Shown here: in pieces, positions 53,405-64,000 of the stretch
Layout of the letters: each line of letters starts with the position of its first letter
Numbering within the stretch: the stretch's first letter is position 1
From: Octopus vulgaris
Lineage: Eukaryota
Length of the DNA: 64,000 nucleotides
Assembly (NCBI GenBank): GCA_951406725.2
Contig: OX597818.1
Coordinates: 78,678,001 to 78,742,000 of the forward strand
Reading direction: 5' to 3'
Made by a program: the position numbers and the translations under genes
Notes under the pieces: generated by a model
The model's database searches: none
The model's input: only the letters and a program-made list of their open reading frames with translations
What the model was told of the DNA's origin: nothing

Positions 53405-53460
<56 letters not shown>

Positions 53461-53534
53461 CACATGCATGCATGTATATATAAATGAATACATCTGTGTA
53501 TATAATTATATTTATATACATACATACATATATA

Positions 53535-53599
<65 letters not shown>

Positions 53600-53654
53600 C
53601 CACGTCCTCGCGTTGCTGTGTTTTTTTTTTTCTGTGTTTTCTTGTTTGGATTAA

Positions 53655-53694
<40 letters not shown>

Positions 53695-53698
<4 letters not shown>

Positions 53699-54893
53699 AC
53701 GGGTTTAACTAGTGCAGTGTTTCTGACCCACATAGGAATAATGGCACCATCATGTCTGGTGAAAATGTGACAGTCTTTTGTCTAATGGAGGACTAATGGG
53801 TTTTGGAATGACCTGTGACCTTGTGCGGGTGAATTAGGGGTCGCTCTGGACACCCCTTGAATATGTCGTGAGAGAGGATGAGGGGGCAGAGAGGGACAGG
53901 CAGAGAGTATGGTAGAGCTGTCAAGAGAGGGTAATAGGCAGCAGGCGATAGAGATAGGCAGTAAGAGAAAAGGGACAGATAGAGAGGGTAATAGGCAGCA
54001 GGTGATAGAGATAGGCAGTAAGATCAGAGAGCAGATAGAAAGGCTATAAGCAGTAAGGGACAGATTGAAGATATAGATAGAGTATAAGGACCAGGGCAGT
54101 TAGAGAGGGTGTGAGCGGTACAGAGGGAGATGAGGGAGTGGAAGCGAGGACAGAGAGGAAGTGAGGTCTGGGCAGTCGTTGAGCGGTCGTCGAAGAACAC
54201 AGACGGATCTTGCAGTCGCTGGCCGGTCCTCGAAGAAGACAGACGGACCTTGGATTTAAGGAGCGAGCGTTGGAATTCTTAGGAGCAAGTTGGATGCGAG
54301 AAAGCTTGGCGGCGCAGAAGGGAATTAGCAGTATTCAGAGGAATTAGCAGTATTGAGAGGAATGGGACACTGGCAGATTCAATTAGGAATTGAGGTATGT
54401 GTTTGTGCATTGATATGTGTCACGGTGTATTGAACAGTGAAAAGAACAGTCAAGGACTCTGTCGATGTGGTCGATAAAGGACATTGTGAAGAAGAAGAGT
54501 AAAGGACTTGTTGATTGTGATGTTTAGGAAGAGACTTTAAAGAACTGTTGTCTTGGGACGTGTACTCTTGAATTGTTACATGATGTTGTATTATGCTTTG
54601 AGTTGTACTCTTGAAATGCTGTTGTATTATGTATTGAGTAGTCACGTGCATGCTTTGATGTATCTTGATGTTGTAACAATTGTAATTGTCGTATAAACTG
54701 TTGTTTGAATATTAGCCAGTGTTGCCAGTTGTTGCCTCTCTTTGGGTTGTATCTCGGGTTGTGCCTCTGTATCTCTGTGCTGCGGTTGTGGTTGTTGTTG
54801 TATCTCTCCTATCTCCCCTCTTTGGGTTCCGTGGCGAACTTGTGCCGTTCGGGGCGAGCGACGACGGCGGGCGATCCCGTCCGTTTCGTAACA
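53695..54893. mobile_element. Solo LTR (~1.2 kb) inserted in (TA)n
   Basis: Termini TGTTACG...CGTAACA (7-bp inverted repeat) with ATAT on both sides. Internal short tandem repeats, no coding capacity. Confidence 0.75.
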
Positions 54894-55663
54894 ATATATA
54901 TATATGTACACATACATATATATATTTACCATTTTTATATTTTTAAACAAGAATATTATTGACAGTGACTTCGAAGTTACAGCCAGTTAACCCATCATCG
55001 GGAGTAGGCCATCAGATTAATGTAAAATTGTTTTCATTATAACTGAGCGTAAAAACATCTTATCCACACACACGCACGTACATACGTACATACATAATAC
55101 ATACCTACATATACACATTCGTACATACATACGTGAGTGTATGTGTGAATGTGTCTACGTTTGCAAATCAAATGCTAACGGGAAACGACGTAGGCAATAC
55201 ATGTTTAGTGTTTATATATTTGCATAAAGTCAGTGATTAATCCCATAGGTAATCAGATTCTCAAGTAAGTGTGATAATTCAGGGTAGCTAGAAATGAATT
55301 GGCAAAACGAGATGGCGGTTAGAATTGTTACTGCTACCTGACTCACATCACAATTAGCAGATAATGATTAATATTCATTAATTCATTACCTGCGAGGTAG
55401 TGAGCTGGCAGAGTCGTTAGCATGGCAGAAAAATGCTTTGTAGCATTTCGTCCGTCTTCACCTTCTGAGTTCAAATTCCAACTTAGCCTTTCAATTTTTT
55501 CGGGGTCGATAAAATTAGCACCAGTTACGCACAATGGTCAATGTAATCGATTGACCTCCCGCGCCCGAAATTGCGGATTTTGTGCCGAAATTTGAAACCA
55601 ATATTTATTATCTGTGATACAGTTTTCTAACAGTCAGGAGGTCACTTGTTAAAAGCTACTTAC

Positions 55664-55796
55664 ATGAAACCTCTCATACGACACACGACGGAGGCGTCTT
55701 TGTCAGACCAAGTTACATTAGGACATATTGTTCCAATCATTCCATCGTGATGAACAGTGATTCTTCGGTCAGGTAAATATTCGTCAGTTACTTTCA
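55664..55796 (-). CDS. SRCR protein exon, SRCR domain 2 N-half (divergent)
   Basis: tttacag|TG...AT|gtaagt. KVTDEYLPDRRITVHHDGMIGTICPNVTWSDKDASVVCRMRGF. Confidence 0.87.
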
Positions 55797-56746
55797 CTGT
55801 AAATAAAAAGAATAATACATTGCCAATTGAAAATTTTCTAATCGATAAACAAGCAATATATATTCAATAACTGGATATATGATTTAATTTTAACCTTATT
55901 TGTTTTTGCTTTCAAAATATACAGTATATGAAGAGTTTGAGTTTGTATATACCATAGTATATGAGTATACTTTTTTTGTATCCTTAGGGTCCGTGCTATT
56001 AAACCTGAATGCTATAATGCTATTAAACCCGTGAACCGTCTATGTTACTGCTGTTAATATTTTCAATTAAAAAAAATATTTATCTCTGAGACCTCTTCGG
56101 TCACGTCACTGACCATGGGATTACACCTAGAAAGTTACCCTCCCAGGCACAAGTCCGAACAAAGTTGTTTATGGAAGACCAGCAGTCGCCCATGCACACC
56201 GGCCTCCTCTCTCCACGCCACCAGTGTTATCCAAGGGCAAGGTAACAGCAGATACAGCTTGGCTCCTGTGAGTGAACTGGAGCAACGTGAAATAAAGTGT
56301 CTTGCTCAAGAACACAACACGCAGCCCGGTCCGGGATTCGAGCTCACAACCTCACGATCGTAAGCTCGACGCTCCAACCACTGAGCCATGCGCCTTCACC
56401 ACAGTTGATATTAACAATAGTAACATTTTACTTCGAATGTAAGCATTCGAATATTTTCCTAATAAATATATTAGCACCATGTGGACCGGCTTGGCGAAAA
56501 ACAAGCCATAACACTGATGGATTTATTACGTGGCGGATTTAGAATTTTTACCAGTAACTCATACTGAAGAAGGTTGAGGCCCTCCAGGCCAGAACCCGAA
56601 GCCATAGCATATGAGCATCTGAATAGCATAATCTTTAGAGCTATGCTTTTTGATGTCTTATTTCTTTATCAGTTTCCTCGCTTATTGTTATTTTCTATTA
56701 TTTTGGTGCCTTCCGGGAGTTGAATTAGGACTTTAGCTCTTATTTC

Positions 56747-57159
56747 GGATCTTTTCGGTTTGAAAGGCAGTTTTTTTTCTAGCGGTGTCATATGAAATTG
56801 TCACTCATAATTATGATCCTAGAATCGATCTATTGCATTTCAATCTCTTTTAGGGTTAGGGTTAGGGTTAGGGGTGGGGGAAGGGTATCTTTTTTCTTCA
56901 CAAATGTAAATAAACCCAATCTGTTTCTTAAACGAGGGACATATTCATACAGCACAGAATACTTTTTAACTCAATAGACGTCATTGATTGGTTGAAATTG
57001 AAGAAAAAACAACAAATATCTTACAAACTATAGAATTTTCTCAATAAAGCCAAGAGAAAAAGATGTTTTATAAACACATTCTACCAGTATACGAAGTTTA
57101 AAATTTTTTAGTTACCTAGAAATTATGTTAAAAACTGCCGTTCAAACCGAAAAAATTCC
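56747..57159. mobile_element. MITE containing (TTAGGG)4
   Basis: TIR GGATCTTTTCGGTTTGAAAGGCAGTTTTT / AAAAACTGCCGTTCAAACCGAAAAAATTCC. Flanking direct repeat (C)TTATTTC (7-8 bp). Confidence 0.8.
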
Positions 57160-57652
57160 TTATTTCTAAACAGGTTGATGCTTTTTTGCATGCTTATGCT
57201 TCGTGCTAGTTTAAAATTTTAAAGCCATATAATGCTATTAAACCTGTGAACCGTCTGTGTTACTGTTGTTAATATTATCAATTAAAAATATTCACTGCAG
57301 ATGATATTAATAACAGTAACGTCTTACTTCAAATGTAAACATAAGAATATTTTGCTCATACACACACGCGCGGGGATACACACACACACACACACACACG
57401 CACACACATAAATAGATAGATAGACAGATATATGATATTATTAATTAATAATGAAGGATACTAAAGATAGTACCAACATGCTGAAATAACAGTCAGAAAC
57501 GACTTAAGACCACAAATCTTCACTAAAACACAAAGGTGAAATGGCGGGAATGAACAAAAATAAATAGTTTCTGACTATTATTTTAGCATGCTGGTACTTA
57601 CCTTTATGGTTTTTTACGCATGCTAAGTCACTAATATTGTTGTAAACAATGT

Positions 57653-57703
<51 letters not shown>

Positions 57704-58583
57704 CATACATACATACATATATGTGTCTGTGTAATAAGTCCTGGGATCGATTCGTTCGATTAAAGGCGGTGCTCCAGCATGGCCGCAGTCAAATGACTGA
57801 AACAAGTAACAGAATAAAAGAATATATATGGGTCACGCAGTAGGACTGGACTCGAAACCATGTGGTTGGGAAGCAAGCTTCTTACTACACAGCCGCTCTT
57901 GCGCCTATGGCCACTCCTGCGCCTGTGCCCACTCTTGTGCCTATATATATATATATATAAACCAAATTCTACTTTTAGTTGGCTCCATGGTATCCAAAAA
58001 CGTCTCGACACCATGTTTATTCAGTAGCCATTCTTTTTTGTCTTCGCTACTATAATTTAATATTTCTTATGGAAATTTTCGTTTTAGAATTTGACTTTTG
58101 TATATACGTGTCCCAGATGACGATTGGTTAAGTGAAACTGAGTAACAGTTTGTGACATTTTTCAGCCTGTATAAATGATTACACATACACACACATAAAC
58201 CTACCTACCTAATGTTGTTTGGGACAGACAAGAAAAGGTATGTAGCGTCATTTAGGTCAGCTGTTATGCTGATGTGAACATCTCTTTGAGAAACACAGAG
58301 AAAGAAGATAACTATAGACGACTGCTTTGAAACCTCCAGCTTCTATATCCGAGTTACAAATCTACACTTATACCAATAATAGTTGTTGTATTGGGTTTTG
58401 TAAGTAAAAGCCTGTCAGCCTGGATAAGCTAGGATTTTCAGAAATGATCAAAATAATTAAAAACGGCAACGAGCATACATAAAAAATATACATGCTTATA
58501 TATATTAATATAGATAGATAGGTAGGTAGATAAATACATAGATAGCCAGATGAAGATAGGAATGTGTATTTTATCATACATAC

Positions 58584-58744
58584 CTCTGGAGCACCTCACC
58601 CATGCTCCAGTGTGGATACACTGTCTACTTGGAAAGGCCGGACAATCAAAAATTGATCTTTCATCACCGGAACAATTGACAGCATTCAAGATAACAGGCA
58701 AAGTCGGAACTTGTCGGTGGTTGTCCTGGTAACTCAGTCCGGTC
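58584..58744 (-). CDS. SRCR protein exon, SRCR domain 1 (of window) C-half
   Basis: cttgtag|G...G|gtatgt. TGLSYQDNHRQVPTLPVILNAVNCSGDERSIFDCPAFPSRQCIHTGAWVRCSR. Confidence 0.9.
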
Positions 58745-58835
58745 CTACAAGAAACATTTATCCCAAATATATATTATTGTTACGTTTATGAATTTTTAAA
58801 TATTCATTGTCAAATAAACACACGCACAATATATT

Positions 58836-59045
58836 TTCTTATTTTAACTCATGCCCATTGTTCGAAAATATTTCGTCACACATCTGCGACCCCTTCAGCG
58901 ACACCTTCTACCCTCGTCTGTCCTGCTCTGCTTAGTCTAGGACTAAGCGGAGCAAAAGTACACACGAGGACAGAAAGGGTTGCTGAAGAGGTCAGAGATG
59001 TGTGACAAAAGATTTCCGGACAATGGACATGAGTTAAAATAAGAA
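58836..59045. repeat. ~210-bp imperfect palindrome (foldback)
   Basis: Arms TTCTTATTTTAACTCATGCCCATTG...GCTTAGTC and GACTAAGC...CAATGGACATGAGTTAAAATAAGAA around a 3-nt loop (TAG). Confidence 0.88.
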
Positions 59046-60141
59046 CAGTTATAAGCAAGTGAAGAACGAATATATAGTGCTTGTACTTATTTTGAAAAAA
59101 CAAAACAAAACCAAAACCATAAAAAACAAAACGAAATTGACCATCCCGAAATATAACAATATATTTTTATTGTTTAGTGTAAATTAACCTTCATTTAAAA
59201 ATACCTAGACGAAGCACAGTTATACTATATTTACATTCATGCAGAGGATTACTTTATGCTAAGTAGTCTTCCCTTTTAAGACAGTAGGGTATAAATTTTA
59301 GATGCTATTTGTAGTAGGGCGGAGGTCCATGGCTTAGTGGTTAGGGCGTCAGCATCATGATCGTAAGATTGTGGTTTCGATTTCTGGACTGGGTGACGCG
59401 TTGTGTTCTTGAACAAAACACTTCATTTCACGTTGCTCCAGTCCACTCAGCTGGCAAAAATGAGTAACGCTGCGATGGACTAGCGTCACGTCCAGCTGGG
59501 GAAAACATACGCCATTGAAACCGAGAAACCGGGCCCATGAGCCTGGCTAGGCTTTAAAAGGATGCATTTATTATTTATTATTTGTAGTTGGGAGAGTGAT
59601 TGTACCGACAAATCCGTACTTCGGAGAAATAGAAGTTTGAGATCAATAGTTTAGACATAAATTTCATCATTTTGCGACCATCATAGATCTTTACCGAACT
59701 AATATAAACACAATCCTAGGCATATGCATACGAGTTCTATGCTAATCATTTAAAGTAGGGACATATACACAATGAAACCCAAATGTAACGACTAATAACT
59801 GAGCCAACTGAATTAACAACGTTCTATTGCTTGCATTGTGTTAGGGTATTCGGCTTACGATCGTAAGGCTGTGAGTTCGATTTCCGGCGGCGCGTTGTAC
59901 CCTTGACCAAGATACTTTCTTTGTCGTTTCTCCAGTCCACTCAGCTGACAAAAATGAGTTGTACTTGTAATTCAAAGAAACAGCCTTGTTACATTGTGTC
60001 ACACTGAATTTCTTTGAGAGCTACGTTAAGGGTACGTGTGTCTGTGGAATGCTCAGCCACTTGTGTGTTAATTTTATGAGTAGAATGTTCACTTGATCGA
60101 ATCATCTGGAACACTTGTCGTAATCGACAGAATGGCATATA

Positions 60142-60172
<31 letters not shown>

Positions 60173-60231
60173 GGCGGTGCCCCAGCATGGCCACAGCTCA
60201 TAAGCTGAATCTGGAATCAATCAATCAATCA

Positions 60232-61189
<958 letters not shown>

Positions 61190-61322
61190 GTATACACTCA
61201 CACATGCGCATGCACACACACACGCGCATGCACACACGCGCGCATGCACACACACACGCGCATGCACACACACACATGCAATGAAGATGTGCTAAGATAC
61301 ATGTAATAAATATGATACATAC

Positions 61323-61461
61323 TCGTAGCCCAACATCCGGCAGAGCACGTGGGCATTTTCATTGTCCCAGTAATCACTGCATACACTGCCCCATCCACTT
61401 CCAAGAGACACCTCCACTTGGCCTTCATTCTCTAGCTCTCCGTAATTCAATCTAACCTTCT
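61323..61461 (-). CDS. SRCR protein exon, SRCR domain 1 (of window) N-half; upstream exons lie beyond the window
   Basis: cactgcag|AG...GA|gtatgt. KVRLNYGELENEGQVEVSLGSGWGSVCSDYWDNENAHVLCRMLGY. Confidence 0.94.
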
Positions 61462-61669
61462 CTGCAGTGGAAAGGAAAGAGAAAGAAAAATACATAGAAT
61501 ATAATACAAAATGCAATAACGAAGATAAATATCTTTCACATGAGGAAAAAATTATGTTCAATTAGTGTTAATTTGCTTAATGCAGCGAATATCGAAAATC
61601 CAATTAGAAATAGTTATGCGGTGAAGAAAAGGTATCATAGCTCAGTCACTTATTACCATTATCATTATT

Positions 61670-61716
<47 letters not shown>

Positions 61717-62553
61717 TAAGGCGGTGAGCTGGTAGAATTATTAGCACGGTCTTTCGTCTGCTGCTATGTTCTGAGTTCAAATTCCGCCGAGGTCGACTTT
61801 ACCTTTCATCCTTTCGGGGTCGATAAATTAAGTACCTGTTGAGTACAGAGGTCGATGTAATCGACTATCCGCCCCCACCAAATTTCAGGCCTTGTGCCTA
61901 TAATAGAATATTCCCGGTGACACATTGTGTCTTTGAGCAAGGCATTTAATTTCACTCTGCTCCAGTCCACTCAACTGACAAAAATGAGTAGTACCTGTAT
62001 TTCAAAGGGTCAGCCTTTCCACACTCTGCATCACGCTGAATCTATCTGAGAACTACGTTAGGGTTACACGTATCTGTGGAGTGCTCAGCCACTTGCACTT
62101 TGATTTCACGTGCAAGCTGTTCCGTTGATCGTGTCAGCTATGTCACCTTACGATCGTGAGCCGAATGCCCTAACCCCTAAGCCACGCGCCTTCGTGAGTG
62201 GATTTGGTAGATGGAAACTGAAAGAAGCCCGTCGTATATATGTATATATATATATATGTGTTTGTGTGTCTGTGTTTGTCCCCCTAGCATTGCTTGACAA
62301 CTGATGCTGGTGTGTTTATGTCCCTGTTACTTAGCGGTTCGACAAAAGAGACCGATAGAATAAGTACTGGGCTTACAAAAGAATAAGTCCCGGGGTCGAG
62401 TTGCTCGATTAAAGGCGGTGCTCCAGCATGGCCACAGTCAAATGACTGAAACAAGTAAAAGAGTATATATATATATATATTTATATATACACACATACAC
62501 ACATATATAAATATTTGTATGTACACACACACACACACACATATATATATATG

Positions 62554-63257
62554 CGTAGTCTGATCAATAACTATGTTGGCATAGTAACAAAGCTAAACCA
62601 CGTAGAGTGAAACTGCTTGGCACAGATTGACATTGAACGCCGCTGTTTACAGCAGTGCTTGGAAGGAACGTGTGTAGCGTGTGATCGTTGCATTGATTAT
62701 GGTAGAAAGCTGAGCAGAGAATCTGCATCAAATTTTGCCAAAATCTTGGTGATACCTGCTCAGTGGCCTACGCAAAGCTCTCAAAAAGTTTTCATCGTTC
62801 TTGACACTAACAAGGAGATCTTGTGCAACTGAGACCCAAGTGTCTCTTTGGTCAGTTGAAAGCAGTTTTGCCACAAACATAGCAGACACACGTCTCATAC
62901 CCAAATCTTCAATAATAATGGACTGAACTGAACCGTAACTAATCTGCACATCCTCTGATAACTCACGGATGGTGATCCAACGATTTCCCCTTACAGCTGC
63001 ACGCACATCTCCGATGTTTTTCTCAGTTCTGCTGGTTGCGGGTCTTCTAGAGCGTCCGTTAATGTCGACATTTTTCGGCCACCTTGAAAACGTCTCCATA
63101 AATTTTCTGCAACCTTGCCTAGGCCTCTGAGCAGGTATCACCATGGCAACTTTCTCTGTCATGGTCAATGCGATGATCACAAGCTACACACCTTCACTCT
63201 GCATGCTTTAGATTCGTTACTATGGCAACAATCCGGATACTTATTGATCAAACTTCA
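62554..63257. mobile_element. Mariner-derived element made of two inverted 5' ends
   Basis: TIRs CGTAGTCTGATCAATAA / TTATTGATCAAACTTCA. The + arm encodes EQRICIKFCQNLGDT. The - arm encodes RSRRPATSRTEKNI...RWITIRELSEDVQISYGSVQSIIIEDLGMRRVSAMFV. Confidence 0.85.
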
Positions 63258-63264
63258 TATGTGT

Positions 63265-63369
<105 letters not shown>

Positions 63370-63799
63370 TCCTTTCTAAAATTTTGTGGGTGGGGGGTCT
63401 TGTTGATTACATAGACATTCTTGCTCGAAGATATTTGTTTTATCAACTGCACAAAGCCAACATCTTAAAGTGGCTACAACATCGCCCACAGTAATATAGT
63501 ATAAAGTATATTGCCATTTAAATATTTATATGTGATACTTATTATTGGTTGCAAAGGTATATGGTTCATAACAGAGCAGTCCTCAGCCATGTTTTACATA
63601 TAGGTCCCCTTTGCTTCATATTCTTTTCTATTTTTATAATTGAATATTCTTAGGAACTGTATTAAAAATTTGTTAAATATTTTGTGTATTGCAGAAATAT
63701 AACCAATTATTGCACATAATTTTTAGCAACAAAATCTTTTATGGACACCCAAGGGTCATGTGAGGCTTTGTTGAGAACCTCTGATTTATAATAATCTCT

Positions 63800-64000
63800 C
63801 TATCCGCTCAGTCGAAGTCGACTCTCGGTTACTCGATGGATCAGTGTTCTCCAGCCAGTTCTATCCTGATTCGTTTCTTTCAGATTAGCTATGGCCATTC
63901 CCGTGTAACTCTTGATGGTGTCAAGCCAGCGGGTTCTTGGTCGGCCTCTTCCTCTCTTGTCACTGACCATTCCGAGCATGATGTCCTTCTCCAGGGATTT
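63800..64000 (-). mobile_element. 3' end of an RTE-BovB-like LINE ORF (continues beyond the window)
   Basis: Open frame KSLEKDIMLGMVSDKRGRGRPRTRWLDTIKSYTGMAIANLKETNQDRTGWRTLIHRVTESRLRLSG* resembles the recalled BovB C-terminus (SLEKTLMLG..GRRRRGRQRMRWLDGI...DREAWRAAVHGVAKSRTRLS*). Confidence 0.85.

Noticed and set aside
49750-53770. Many 60-200 aa ORFs (YIYI, MYVC, HTHT, CVCV)
   Set aside because: These are translations of simple repeats with no coding signal.
59321-59395. tRNA-like sequences (also at 19450-19519, 37745-37810, 56325-56398)
   Set aside because: They continue directly into shared SINE bodies, so they are SINE heads rather than tRNA genes.

Overview
Eukaryotic, AT-rich, repeat-dense genomic DNA; the SINE families and (TA)n/(CA)n/(CATA)n load look like a coleoid cephalopod, probably Octopus (inferred). 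Two spliced genes converge. (1) The + strand carries the last 15 coding exons of NUP210/gp210 (2121-25227). All introns are GT-AG and the phases join into 731 aa plus stop, with a TM helix and an LWS tail. (2) The - strand carries the last 9 coding exons (61461 down to 37087) of a multi-SRCR protein with four two-exon, group-A-type SRCR domains and no TM segment in this part. The rest is transposons: tRNA-derived SINEs, piggyBac-, hAT- and mariner-type MITEs, pogo and mariner relics, two non-autonomous Helitrons, a HINE-like element, a young CR1/L2-group RT, RTE/BovB-like pieces, and solo LTRs. The most notable item is a very young 2.76-kb non-coding LTR element with 608-bp LTRs and a perfect tRNA-Trp primer site. 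Also of note: an apparent CpG-depletion boundary near 33 kb, a pre-miRNA-like hairpin at 30.8 kb and a 210-bp foldback beside an SRCR exon. No prokaryotic system or CRISPR array is supported. All assignments were made by eye, without database searches.
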